This document shows, one piece after another, positions 39,736 to 49,231 of a DNA stretch of 64,000 nucleotides. Every line of letters begins with the position of its first letter. The stretch's first letter is position 1. Both the position numbers and the translations under genes were made by a program. This DNA comes from a virus. Below the pieces are notes generated by a model, which worked only from the letters and a program-made list of their open reading frames with translations, ran no database searches and was not told the DNA's origin. The stretch lies in the IMG/VR virus record IMGVR_UViG_3300018494_000126. One strand, written 5' to 3'.

Positions 39736-40281
39736 ATGAAAAAAATATTTTGTGTAATGGGAAGAAGCAGTAGTGGGAAGTCCACCTTGTCAAAAGAAGC
39801 AGCTAAACAGTTAGGTTTAACCATTCTTACTTCTTATACCACACGACCTCCTAGACCAGCCGAACTGGACGGTGAAACAGACCATATTTTTATTACCGAA
39901 GATGAAGTAGATAAATATCGAGATGATATTATGGCATACACCGTTATTAATGGTTATCAATATTTTTGTACATACTCTCAATTAATGGAGTGCGATATCT
40001 ACATTATTGACCCTAATGGTTATTACGAACTTAGTGAGAAAACAAAAGAATTAGATATTGAATTAATACCTATTTATATCACAGTAAGTAAAACTAAAGG
40101 AATTGAACGGGCTAAAAAAAGAAAAGATAATATTGATTCTTACTTACAACGCTATGAATCAGAAAACCAGCAATTTACCGAATTTGAAAAAAGTAACTTG
40201 ATTTGGTACAGGATTTTAAATCATGGCACTTTAGAAGAAGGAGTAGAACGTCTGGTACGAATTATTGATAAGGAGAGGTAA
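39736..40281 (+). CDS. guanylate-kinase-like P-loop kinase
   Basis: Walker A GRSSSGKST plus the SYTTRPPRPAE..G.DHIFI guanylate kinase signature; start overlaps the stop of the Crh-like gene. Confidence 0.7.
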   Translation: MKKIFCVMGRSSSGKSTLSKEAAKQLGLTILTSYTTRPPRPAELDGETDHIFITEDEVDKYRDDIMAYTVINGYQYFCTYSQLMECDIYIIDPNGYYELSEKTKELDIELIPIYITVSKTKGIERAKKRKDNIDSYLQRYESENQQFTEFEKSNLIWYRILNHGTLEEGVERLVRIIDKER

Positions 40282-40283
40282 CT

Positions 40284-40622
40284 ATGAGTAAAGGAACAAA
40301 TGAAAGTGGTACATGTGTTTCATGTGGTTATTACACAAAAACCGATTATTTAAGTCCAAAATGTGCGAATTGTCGCATGATGATAGGTTATAAAGGTGAC
40401 AATGATAATTATGAACCCCAACCAGAATCTGATAGATGGTATGCACCCTATATACCAACAGAAGCGGGATATTATGATATTACGTATTTAAACATTAATA
40501 CACAAGATATATCATATGGCACTCTATATTGGGGTGATGAGGGATGGGCATATTCAGAATTTGATGCGACTCCACTACCCGACCATATAATCATACGTAG
40601 TTTTCAAATAAAAAAAGAGTAA
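40284..40622 (+). CDS. hypothetical protein
   Basis: 112 aa, N-terminal CVSCG...C.NC. Confidence 0.45.
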   Translation: MSKGTNESGTCVSCGYYTKTDYLSPKCANCRMMIGYKGDNDNYEPQPESDRWYAPYIPTEAGYYDITYLNINTQDISYGTLYWGDEGWAYSEFDATPLPDHIIIRSFQIKKE

Positions 40623-40646
40623 ATTTATGTATCAAAGGAGGCCTGA

Positions 40647-41357
40647 ATGAGCATAAGTAGATATTTACCAACACTTCAATTAAATGAAAAAATGTATAAA
40701 ATATTGAATATTATTCTTCTTCAGGTGTTCTGGATACAATTAATTTTACGTTTTGTATTTACTCCTGTAGATATTTTACCGCATATTTCTACTTATCCGA
40801 TAGTGCAAACACGAACAGTAGAACAGTTACCGACTTTACAGGAGCTTAAACAAGTTCAAGCACAGAAAAAAATTCAAGAGTTTAATGAGTTAATTACATC
40901 ACTAGAATCAATTAAAGAATATGATAGACAAGCATATATTTTAGCATATAAAAAAGCATATCGAGACTATGATGAGTATGTTATGCCGTTTCATTCTGTC
41001 TATGATGAATATACAGATGAAGAGATTGAGTTATTCCAAAGAGCGGTAGAGACAGAAACACATGACGGCGATTTTGATTCTAAAGTTAATGTGGCCAATG
41101 TTATATTAAATAGAGTTGCTAATACAGAATTTTCGGATATTAATGGCTCTTTGAGTAAAGTTATCACTCGTAAGAATCAGTTTGCTTATCATCGTACTGA
41201 AATCGATTATTCTACAGTGTTAGCAATTGAATATGCTTTTTTATTTGAAGATACTACTGATGGTGCTTTATGGTTTGATACTGGTTTAAATAGTTGGGCT
41301 AAACGTAATAGAACATTTGTGTTTAAAGATGATATAGGACATGTGTTTTATAAATAG
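40647..41357 (+). CDS. SleB/CwlJ-like cell wall hydrolase domain protein
   Basis: C-terminal VANVILNRV...KNQF motif of the Hydrolase_2 (SleB) family; N-terminal TM segment. Confidence 0.65.
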   Translation: MSISRYLPTLQLNEKMYKILNIILLQVFWIQLILRFVFTPVDILPHISTYPIVQTRTVEQLPTLQELKQVQAQKKIQEFNELITSLESIKEYDRQAYILAYKKAYRDYDEYVMPFHSVYDEYTDEEIELFQRAVETETHDGDFDSKVNVANVILNRVANTEFSDINGSLSKVITRKNQFAYHRTEIDYSTVLAIEYAFLFEDTTDGALWFDTGLNSWAKRNRTFVFKDDIGHVFYK

Positions 41358-41562
41358 GAGTGTGATAGATATACAACGCATATTAAAGAGTAAGGAAGTA
41401 AAAGAATATTTAGGTATTGCTTCTGATAAAACACTATATAAATTATTAAATACGAAGGGGTTTCCTCAATTTAAGATTGGAAGAGATTATTATATCCCAG
41501 AAGATGATTTAATAGATTGGATAAGTAAAAATGCTAAAATGAATACGAAGATAATAATTTAG
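41341..41562 (+). CDS. xis: excisionase/AlpA-like HTH DNA-binding protein
   Basis: KEVKEYLGIASDKTLYKLLNTKGFPQFKIGRDYYIPEDDLIDWI matches the excisionase-family HTH_17 pattern. Confidence 0.6.
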   Translation: MCFINRSVIDIQRILKSKEVKEYLGIASDKTLYKLLNTKGFPQFKIGRDYYIPEDDLIDWISKNAKMNTKIII

Positions 41563-41590
41563 GGAAGATTGCATATCTTCCCTATTTTTA
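41562..41590 (+). terminator. rho-independent terminator
   Basis: GGGAAGAT-TGCAT-ATCTTCCC followed by TATTTTTA. Confidence 0.5.
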
Positions 41591-41591
41591 A

Positions 41592-41664
41592 AGCTGATGA
41601 CGGGAATCGAACCCGTGACCTCTTCACTACCAATGAAGTGCGCTACCGACTGTGCCACATCAGC
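41592..41664 (-). tRNA. tRNA-Thr (anticodon GGT)
   Basis: Reverse-complement folds as acceptor GCTGATG/CATCAGC, D-loop AGTCGGTA, anticodon stem CTTCA/TGAAG, loop TTGGTAG, T-arm ACGGG-TTCGATT-CCCGT; one A-C mismatch in D-stem. Confidence 0.75.
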
Positions 41665-41679
41665 ATATTAAGTTTCTAG

Positions 41680-41701
41680 TCTGTGTAAAAATCTGTGTAA
41701 A
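41680..41701 (+). repeat. tandem direct repeats ATCTGTGTAAA (attP arm-type-site candidates)
   Basis: GTCTGTGTAAAAATCTGTGTAAA read directly; same motif recurs at 41899-41931. Confidence 0.5.
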
Positions 41702-41865
41702 TTTTTTGAAAGAGGCTTCAAAGCCAGTGTTTATAGGCGTTTCAAAAATATAACAATAGCACTACCAATGCGTAAGACAATTTTTTAATATCTTATCAAA
41801 AAGTCTCGAAAGTGCCGTGTTTTCGGCGTTTTCGGGGCTTTTTATATTTTTCTCAATTATGTATT

Positions 41866-41931
41866 TTTAGGTATTTATAGGTATTCTTAGGTATCCTAAT
41901 CTGTGTAAAATTATGGAAAATCTGTGTAAAA
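41866..41931 (+). repeat. phased direct repeats (3x TAGGTAT at 10-bp spacing, 2x ATCTGTGTAAAA) upstream of the integrase
   Basis: TTTTTAGGTATTTATAGGTATTCTTAGGTATCCTAATCTGTGTAAAATTATGGAAAATCTGTGTAAAA. Confidence 0.5.
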
Positions 41932-41993
41932 TTGTTGAGTAATTTTTTGCCATATGTTATCCTTATATAAAGCACAAATAAGGAGGGATTCTT

Positions 41994-43391
41994 ATGGCTA
42001 AAAGAAAAAACGGAGAAGGTAATTGGGGTACTCGTACAATTAATGGTGTTCAATATAAATACTATAGAAAGTATTATGATTGGAAAGATGATTATCACAC
42101 ATTCTATGGTAAAACAGAAAAAGAAATTAATCAAAAGAGAGAACAGTTTGAATTAGTAAATAAGGATAAGCATAAATTCGATGCTAAGAATGTTAAGCAG
42201 GAAACATTCTATCATTATTGCAAGCATTGGATAGAAGATATAAAACCTAATGATGGTTCAGATACAAAACAAGTAACTATTGATTCGTATGCAGATATGT
42301 TAGACAATCGAATTAAAGATACATTTCTGGGTAATACTCAAATTGCTTCATTAAGCGAAGATATTTTCCAAGATTATATAGATGATTATTGTGTAAAGCA
42401 AAAAGAATATTCGAGAGGTACAATTAAAAGAACGCAATCGTTATTAAATCAGATTTGCGAGTATATGTATGAAACAGATAAGTATGCTCCATGTAATTAT
42501 ATGGAAGACATCATCATTCCTTCTGAAAAGAACGTAAAAACCAAAAGGCGTAAAGTACCATTCTTAGAAGAATCAGATATGTTAAAACTCTATGATGAGT
42601 TTCAAAAAATGCATAGTACTGGTAGAAACAAATATGGACTAAATGCTCATATGGTTATATTTATCATGTATACTGGTTTGCGTATATCTGAGGCTCTTGC
42701 ACTTAAATGGAAGGATGTTAATTTAGACCTAAACATCATTACAATAACGCACGTTATTGCAAAAATAAGAAATCCAAAGGGTGATAAACCCAAACATATT
42801 TATGTAGATACAGATGGTACTAAAACATATTCTAGCGAGCGCAGCATTCCATTATCAGACATTGCTTTATTAATTCTTAAAGGTTTATGGAAAAACCAAG
42901 ACCCTAATTATTATGTTTTCACTGAGGATGGGGTTACAATTAGCAATCATAGTAATGTTACACGCACTTTAAACCTTATGCAAAAGAATGCAAATTGCAA
43001 GATAAAGAAAAGTGGATTACATTCTTTAAGACACACATTTGGTTCTTATTTGATACTTAAAGGCGTTGATATTAAGACTGTCAGTGAGTTATTAGGACAC
43101 TCTAGTATAGAAATTACGTTAAATATATATGTTCATATTATTAATGCTCAAAAAGCATCTGCTATCAAATTATTTAACAATGTTCAAAAGCAAGTAAATA
43201 CTACTCCTATAGGAGTAGTAGAATCATTGAGCAAAATGGGTATTTCACTAATAGAGATAGAAGAAGGAATGCTTGGCTATATTGAAAATGGAAAACTTGT
43301 TAAGCTTCCTATAAATAAAACTCTTGCAATTAATGATATTATAATTAACAATATAGACATATATAATGAATATTACAAAAGCGAGGAATAG
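41994..43391 (+). CDS. int: tyrosine integrase (large phage-type, N-terminal arm-binding domain)
   Basis: Box I YTGLRISEALAL; box II LHSLRHTFGSYL...LLGHSSIEITLNIYVH. Confidence 0.85.
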   Translation: MAKRKNGEGNWGTRTINGVQYKYYRKYYDWKDDYHTFYGKTEKEINQKREQFELVNKDKHKFDAKNVKQETFYHYCKHWIEDIKPNDGSDTKQVTIDSYADMLDNRIKDTFLGNTQIASLSEDIFQDYIDDYCVKQKEYSRGTIKRTQSLLNQICEYMYETDKYAPCNYMEDIIIPSEKNVKTKRRKVPFLEESDMLKLYDEFQKMHSTGRNKYGLNAHMVIFIMYTGLRISEALALKWKDVNLDLNIITITHVIAKIRNPKGDKPKHIYVDTDGTKTYSSERSIPLSDIALLILKGLWKNQDPNYYVFTEDGVTISNHSNVTRTLNLMQKNANCKIKKSGLHSLRHTFGSYLILKGVDIKTVSELLGHSSIEITLNIYVHIINAQKASAIKLFNNVQKQVNTTPIGVVESLSKMGISLIEIEEGMLGYIENGKLVKLPINKTLAINDIIINNIDIYNEYYKSEE

Positions 43392-43544
43392 TATGAAACT
43401 CACAATAATTAGAATAGAAGAGAATATAGTGACTTGTGAACTGGAAGATGGACAACTGTTAGATGTGGCCCGTAAATGGTTTGCCTCAAATATCACAACA
43501 GGTGATGTAATGGATATAGATGTGACAAAAGTGGAGGGTAAATA

Positions 43545-44252
43545 ATGGCTCGCATCAAAGAAACTAAAATGAAAGAAATACAACACATAGCAATTGGTAT
43601 GTTGCACGTAGACCCAGTACCAGTTGGTTCATTTGGTGATTTATTTGTGTCACATCCATTCTTTACAACTTCTGCCTTATTTAGCGCAAATAATGGACAA
43701 ATGTTTAATCTGTTTGAAGATGAAAATTCTTTTTATGAATATAAAAAAGAAATGGAGCAAGTAATCAAAAGTAGACCTGATGTATTCAGTCTCGCCATGT
43801 TCATTACAACTCCATATAAACTTACTTTCTTTAAATATATTCATGACTATTTATCTGAAAAAGATTTTGGTGAATTGCTGTCAGAGCTATATGTACAAAT
43901 GGAAGTGATTTGTGATGAAACAAATGTTACTCGTCGTGAATTATTAGGATGGTTTAAAAAAGCCAAAAAAGAATATTTAATGGACGAAGACGAATTACGG
44001 TTCTTAGAAAACTTGGATGAAGAAGTAACTATTTATAGAGGAGTTCGTGACCCTAAATATAAAAATGGTTTCTCTTGGACAACAAACTATAATACAGCCA
44101 AATGGTTTGCTGAAAGATATCAAATGGGCACACCAATTATATTAAAGGGTAAAGTACAAAAAGATGCTATATTATGCTATTTAAACGCGCGTAATGAGCA
44201 TGAAATCGTCGTAAATCCTAAAAAGGTAAATTATATCGTCCTCGATTTTTAA
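43545..44252 (+). CDS. hypothetical protein
   Basis: 235-aa ORF with AGTGGAGGGTAAATAATG ribosome-binding site; no recognised motif. Confidence 0.5.
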   Translation: MARIKETKMKEIQHIAIGMLHVDPVPVGSFGDLFVSHPFFTTSALFSANNGQMFNLFEDENSFYEYKKEMEQVIKSRPDVFSLAMFITTPYKLTFFKYIHDYLSEKDFGELLSELYVQMEVICDETNVTRRELLGWFKKAKKEYLMDEDELRFLENLDEEVTIYRGVRDPKYKNGFSWTTNYNTAKWFAERYQMGTPIILKGKVQKDAILCYLNARNEHEIVVNPKKVNYIVLDF

Positions 44253-44271
44253 TGGATAAAAGCATACTTTT

Positions 44272-44310
44272 AACGCCTATGATTATGTAATTGTAGGCGT
44301 TATTTTTATT
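44272..44310 (+). terminator. rho-independent terminator
   Basis: AACGCCTAT...GTAGGCGTT stem then ATTTTTATT. Confidence 0.5.
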
Positions 44311-44446
44311 ACTAAGCAGAAGTTTAACGGCACTTTCAGAGTGGAAAACGATTGATATTAACTACAAATTTACAACAGTTAGTACAAATTGGGTTAGCAT
44401 AGGAACTTACCCTGAATTAATTAATTGTAAAGAAGCATATGTAAAT

Positions 44447-44650
44447 ATGAGTAATTATCATCATTTATTATTTAATAATGGAACTTCTGCTAGCGCTTCA
44501 ATTTTTACTATGAGTACACAAAATGACTCGAGATATTTTGCTGAATCACAAGCAAAAATACACTTCGATACTGGTCTGGTAGAAGCAAGACAAACAACTA
44601 AAGGTGATGATACTGGTTATAGAACATTTATTGCAATTTATTACCGATAA
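44447..44650 (+). CDS. hypothetical protein
   Basis: 67-aa ORF. Confidence 0.3.
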   Translation: MSNYHHLLFNNGTSASASIFTMSTQNDSRYFAESQAKIHFDTGLVEARQTTKGDDTGYRTFIAIYYR

Positions 44651-44678
44651 ATAATTATTGTTTAATTTCGACAGTTTA

Positions 44679-44942
44679 TCAGTCTGTTGTTTTTGTATAT
44701 CTTAAAACAACAATAAATTCACCAGACATTTTAGATTTCATCATAAGTTTGTATCTTGCAAATGAAATATACGGAACACAAAGATTCTCCTCATCAAAAT
44801 AACTTGGAAGTGGATTTGCTACCGTACCACTTGCTGCCGTTTTTATAATTGTTCCCGCAATTGATATTACATTTTCAATATTTAACGCCGATACATCATT
44901 GTGTTCTTCATTTGACCCACTTCCTGTGGAAGTACCAGTCAA
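44679..44942 (-). CDS. hypothetical protein
   Basis: 87-aa ORF on minus strand. Confidence 0.35.
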   Translation of the reverse strand: MTGTSTGSGSNEEHNDVSALNIENVISIAGTIIKTAASGTVANPLPSYFDEENLCVPYISFARYKLMMKSKMSGEFIVVLRYTKTTD

Positions 44943-45085
44943 AACTATTTCATATAATGGTTTTCCTAAGAATGTACCGATTTTTTGTTCTGTTGAATTT
45001 AAAGAAGTAATGTTTTGTAAACTTCTGCATATTCGACTCGATTTATATGCATACTAAATGCAAATCGTGCAAAGGAGATAATGAA

Positions 45086-45754
45086 ATGAACGCTTCTTAT
45101 ATAACCACTATACGGTTTCAAACTTTACAAATCCCAGTAAAAATGATGAAAGTTAACTGTGATAATAGTATTGAATTAAATCAATTATGTAAAGATTCTA
45201 AGGAAAGAGTGAGATACCATAAATATTGTCCTTCATGTAAGAAAGAAATTACAAACGAAGATATTGTAAAAGGTTATCAATATGCGAAAGATAAATATGT
45301 TGTATTGGAACAAACTGAAATTGATTCAATTACTACCGAACAGGATAAACAATTAACTGTAAGTTATTTTTGCAAATCTAAAGAAATAGGAGATTTATTA
45401 ATTTATAAATCTTATTATTTAGTACCTGATATGCAATCTGAAGAAAGATATGATTTATTTAGAAAGGCATTAATTGCGAATAAAGTGATAGCCATAGCTG
45501 AAATGGTTTTAGGTAATCAACAGAGATTAATTGCTTTATTTCCAAATAAAAGATGTATTGTAGCAACAATTCTATTTTACGAAAATGAAATCAACGAACT
45601 CCCATTGATTGCGTCACACAAACATCATAGACATGAGTTAGCAACTTTACAAACCCTGATTTCCACTTATACACATGAATTTGATTGGTCAACTCATTAT
45701 GATAAATATCAAACCAAATTGCGTAATTTAATTCAAAAAAAGATAAAACAATAA
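45086..45754 (+). CDS. ku: Ku-like DNA end-binding protein (bacterial NHEJ Ku / Mu Gam family)
   Basis: IPVKMMKV...RVRYHKYCPSCKKEITNEDIVKGYQYAKDKYVVLEQTE and KSYYLVPD...IAIAEMVLGNQQRLIALF align along the length of B. subtilis YkoV (IPIKLY...IKYEKVCTNCEK..DEIVKGYEYVKGKYVVL, RSYFVGPG...IGIANMTIRSKQQLAIL); start taken at the ATG after AAAGGAG. Confidence 0.8.
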   Translation: MNASYITTIRFQTLQIPVKMMKVNCDNSIELNQLCKDSKERVRYHKYCPSCKKEITNEDIVKGYQYAKDKYVVLEQTEIDSITTEQDKQLTVSYFCKSKEIGDLLIYKSYYLVPDMQSEERYDLFRKALIANKVIAIAEMVLGNQQRLIALFPNKRCIVATILFYENEINELPLIASHKHHRHELATLQTLISTYTHEFDWSTHYDKYQTKLRNLIQKKIKQ

Positions 45755-45762
45755 TCCGTTTG

Positions 45763-45800
45763 CGTAAAAAAATAGGGAGACATATAGTCTCCCTAATTAC
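45763..45800. terminator. bidirectional terminator between convergent arms
   Basis: AGGGAGAC-ATAT-GTCTCCCT flanked by A-run and T-run; sits where plus-strand and minus-strand transcription converge. Confidence 0.55.
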
Positions 45801-45991
45801 ATAATTTTATTTAATATTAATTGGAACATGAAAGTATTATCAGGCGTATATAATGTTACCTTTCCAGAGTTCAAATCATAAAATGATTCAATGATTTGTG
45901 GGCTTGTATTTCTGATTTCCATAATATAATCTTGCGCTTTTACCGCACCTTGATGTGTTTGAATATACTCTTTAATTTCTATATCAGTCAT
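45797..45991 (-). CDS. hypothetical protein
   Basis: 64-aa ORF. Confidence 0.35.
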   Translation of the reverse strand: MTDIEIKEYIQTHQGAVKAQDYIMEIRNTSPQIIESFYDLNSGKVTLYTPDNTFMFQLILNKIM

Positions 45992-45992
45992 T

Positions 45993-46535
45993 TTAGTCTT
46001 TTATTTGTAGATTACGCATTACGGGTTCAATATCATGCTTTACAAACGAGTTACCCCCATGTGTAATATATCTATCATATAATCCCCAAAATGTATCTGC
46101 TTCAAAACGTTCCCATTCTCCAAGGTCTTTATATTTACGATAATAACCTAAGATTTTATCTTTTAATTTGGCCATCTCGGTGGCATCTATTTTAGCTTCC
46201 ATGTCACTTAAACGTACTACCACTTCACGTATAGTGGATGTTAATTCTTTAATATCGTCACGAATCATTTCATCGTGACGAATTGATTGTTTTGTATCTT
46301 CTTCGTGTTTATTATGTAAAGCAGTTAAATCTTGGATTGTCTGCATTAATAACTCATGGTCTTCATCTTTCTTACTTACCCACTTCACTGGTTTTTTAAT
46401 AATTTTAGAAAATTTACCAATAATTTCATACACAGCAATACAAAAAGCCATTAAAATAAAAATACTCAAGATAATATTGCCAAAATCTTGAGCTAAAAAT
46501 TCTTTAACTGTATTAATAAAATTCATTGTGTTCAT
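45993..46535 (-). CDS. membrane-anchored coiled-coil protein (lysis-associated?)
   Basis: N-terminal TM segment FGNIILSIFILMAFCIAVY then coiled-coil; directly downstream of the endolysin. Confidence 0.45.
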   Translation of the reverse strand: MNTMNFINTVKEFLAQDFGNIILSIFILMAFCIAVYEIIGKFSKIIKKPVKWVSKKDEDHELLMQTIQDLTALHNKHEEDTKQSIRHDEMIRDDIKELTSTIREVVVRLSDMEAKIDATEMAKLKDKILGYYRKYKDLGEWERFEADTFWGLYDRYITHGGNSFVKHDIEPVMRNLQIKD

Positions 46536-46570
46536 TTAATAATTTACCATTTCATATCTTATGCCTTTCT

Positions 46571-48019
46571 TTATAGTCCGTGTATATATTCAGCAGACAC
46601 CCAACCGCCTATTGAATCATATACCGTGTAATACCATCCTTTTTTCTCCTTTAACAGAGGAATAATAGTATTCCTCGGTATGTTCCCTATATCTGCATAA
46701 TTAGTTCCTGCGCCTTTACGTATATTTAATATATTTGCATTCACAATACCTCGTGTTGACTGAATATAAGTAGCAGATACCCATTGGTTTATACCAATCC
46801 TGTAAAATCCGTCTTGATAATTTGAAATGTCTACTTCATCACCATTGTAGAGTTTCCCCTTTATATCTCCATTAGGTTTATTACGAACATTAAGAGTTGT
46901 ATCCACTCGTACAATATTTTTGATTACTGGAGAGGAAGATAAAGTGGAAGTGTTATAAAGAATATTTAAGTCTACAGAGCCTTGAATACCAGAAACTTGA
47001 CCTGAACTTGTGTATTGATACCCTTCAATTGGAGTGCCAATATTCGGTTTACTGCTTTCTTCTGGATTTTCTGCAAATTGCATAGGTGAATATCCCTTTT
47101 TATATCTAGCAATCCACTCTACATTACACTTTAAACTGGATTTATATGGTTTAATATACGAATTCCAGAAAGATAACCCTGTGTAAAGTCCGAATTTATA
47201 ACCAGCCTTTTCAATTACTTCTTGATAAGCATTAATCATATCAATAAGTAACTGACCCAACCCTTTCTGACAATTATCTTCAACGTCCATATAAATCACT
47301 GTAGATTTTGGCATATTAAACTGTTTTAAGTATTTAACCACAATAGAAGCATCAGACCGTGATTTAGCAACTGATGTGGCGTATGAATAATTATAAACCC
47401 CAATGATAGGTAAATTTACTTTGTTAAAACCTTTCAAGTGAGTTTCAAACAGTTTATCTAAATTCAAATCCTTACGAATGATTTTTAGAATTGCAAACTG
47501 TACACCATCATTTTTAACTGCTTGATAGTCAGTTATTTTATTATAACCAGAAACATCAACGCCCTTAATAGTGGATGGGGTAGGAGTGTTTTCTACATAT
47601 CTCAAATGGTAAGTCCATTTATAACTTGGAGTATAAAAACTTCGGCAACAAATCTCTTTTCCCGTCTGGTCACCAACTTGCCCGTTCTTAATAGTTCCTT
47701 TTTCATTCAAACTAGCATGTACAATGTTATTTGCATCCGTACACATTACTACATGTTTTCCTGCTGTTAAGAAAATATCCCCACGCTTCCGAGCCTCATT
47801 AACTCCAATTTCTTTAAAACCACAATCAATCAACTGTTTATATAAAGTCCTTGTTGTGCTTAAAGGATTTACTTTAAATCCAGCTTTTGACAAGGCTGTA
47901 CCTACAAGAGAAGAGCAATCATAATCAGGAGAGCCATTTCTATTATCTTGAGCATAGCCGTGGCTATTATCAGCAGCAATTTGCTCCATAAATTGTACCG
48001 CTTTTTCTATCTTTGACAT
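46571..48019 (-). CDS. multi-domain endolysin: NlpC/P60-CHAP-like peptidase + GH25 muramidase + 2x SH3b
   Basis: GYAQDNRNGSPDYDCSSLV (Cys peptidase), GVDVSGYNKITDYQAVKNDGVQFAILKI (GH25), two C-terminal SH3b-like repeats (...GWVSAEYI). Confidence 0.85.
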   Translation of the reverse strand: MSKIEKAVQFMEQIAADNSHGYAQDNRNGSPDYDCSSLVGTALSKAGFKVNPLSTTRTLYKQLIDCGFKEIGVNEARKRGDIFLTAGKHVVMCTDANNIVHASLNEKGTIKNGQVGDQTGKEICCRSFYTPSYKWTYHLRYVENTPTPSTIKGVDVSGYNKITDYQAVKNDGVQFAILKIIRKDLNLDKLFETHLKGFNKVNLPIIGVYNYSYATSVAKSRSDASIVVKYLKQFNMPKSTVIYMDVEDNCQKGLGQLLIDMINAYQEVIEKAGYKFGLYTGLSFWNSYIKPYKSSLKCNVEWIARYKKGYSPMQFAENPEESSKPNIGTPIEGYQYTSSGQVSGIQGSVDLNILYNTSTLSSSPVIKNIVRVDTTLNVRNKPNGDIKGKLYNGDEVDISNYQDGFYRIGINQWVSATYIQSTRGIVNANILNIRKGAGTNYADIGNIPRNTIIPLLKEKKGWYYTVYDSIGGWVSAEYIHGL

Positions 48020-48063
48020 AATTGTTCCTCCTTTTTTAATAATAGAAGAGAGTAGGGGTTAAC

Positions 48064-48876
48064 CTACTCTCCATAATATTTTTCTTTATATTCTTTAAAT
48101 TTCATATCCATTACATAATCGCAAATTACATACACATCATCCATAAATGGGTATTCAGATGGAAGATAAGCATGACCATCACCAAGATTGCCCCAATTTG
48201 CATTCCAGCTGTTCTTAATGCGCCAATAGAATTTACCATCAATTTCACACCAGCCATCAATTACGATTGCGTGTCCACCTTGATTTTCTTGACCTTTTAC
48301 ATAATGGATAATACCGTTTTCATCAGGTGTATAGAAACATTCATAAACAGGAACACCAATTAAAACCGCCTTAGTTTCCATAATCGCAACTTGAATTTCT
48401 TTACGATTTCTACAAGTATAAAAACTACTGATTTTAAATGGTTCTGCTTTTTCAAGTAATTCTTTTTTACGAGATAAAAATTCATTCTTTGAACCGAAAT
48501 AAGTGTTAGGATATTTCATTTCTCCCCAAACAACAGAACCTTCACGCCCCTTTTTACAACATGAACGTAAATACATACCTTCAAAATCTTCGCCATCAAT
48601 ACGATTCGCATATGTAAATGATGGACAAAATGGAACAGTAATTTCAGACTGTTCTTTATCTTTTTCTTGTAAAAATCTAATATAATTATAGGCCGAAGCG
48701 CAGCACTGAGAACTATTTTCTTGGTCATATGTAAATCCTGCATCTGGTGTAAAATATTCTTTTGGAATTTCATATGCCCTCATAGGAACTGCATCACCAA
48801 AGCGATAATCTCTTGAGTCATATGGAGACTGCAAAAGTTTTAAGTGCTGACCATATTTCTCTTTATAATCAATCAT
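48064..48876 (-). CDS. papain-like (C1-type) cysteine peptidase
   Basis: SSQCCASAYNY (catalytic Cys region) and C-terminal IKNSWNANWGNLGDGHAY (papain NSWG..WG..GY motif). Confidence 0.6.
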   Translation of the reverse strand: MIDYKEKYGQHLKLLQSPYDSRDYRFGDAVPMRAYEIPKEYFTPDAGFTYDQENSSQCCASAYNYIRFLQEKDKEQSEITVPFCPSFTYANRIDGEDFEGMYLRSCCKKGREGSVVWGEMKYPNTYFGSKNEFLSRKKELLEKAEPFKISSFYTCRNRKEIQVAIMETKAVLIGVPVYECFYTPDENGIIHYVKGQENQGGHAIVIDGWCEIDGKFYWRIKNSWNANWGNLGDGHAYLPSEYPFMDDVYVICDYVMDMKFKEYKEKYYGE

Positions 48877-48887
48877 AAAGACACCTC

Positions 48888-49217
48888 TTATTTTAAAAGT
48901 CTTTCCTTAATTTCATCCACAGAAATAGATTTTGCTTTACCTCTCACAGCAGTAGAAGCCACTTTTTCTTTATCATCTACTACAGTCACACCACCGAGTT
49001 CTTCTAACAAAATAACGATAAAGTTGGTAAATAAGTTTACAGCTTCTTTTGAAACACCATTTTTCACCAACTCAATAATTACTGCAAATACAGCAATGAG
49101 GGCAGATAAAATAGCAGCATCTGTACCTTCTTTGGTAGCAAGTGTCGCTAAAATACTAGAGATAGCACCAAGGGCGATAAGTAATTCAGATTTGTATTTT
49201 TTAATTAATTCTTTCAT
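48888..49217 (-). CDS. putative holin
   Basis: 109 aa, two or three TM segments, charged C-terminal tail, located between lysin/peptidase and membrane proteins. Confidence 0.5.
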   Translation of the reverse strand: MKELIKKYKSELLIALGAISSILATLATKEGTDAAILSALIAVFAVIIELVKNGVSKEAVNLFTNFIVILLEELGGVTVVDDKEKVASTAVRGKAKSISVDEIKERLLK

Positions 49218-49231
49218 AATTTTTCTCCTTT

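Noticed and set aside
39736-40281. HPr kinase/phosphorylase identity for the kinase next to the Crh-like gene
   Set aside because: The P-loop is followed by TTRPPRPAE..DHIF, the guanylate kinase signature, not the HprK GDSGVGKSETALEL...ADD pattern. The functional link to the Crh-like protein remains speculative.
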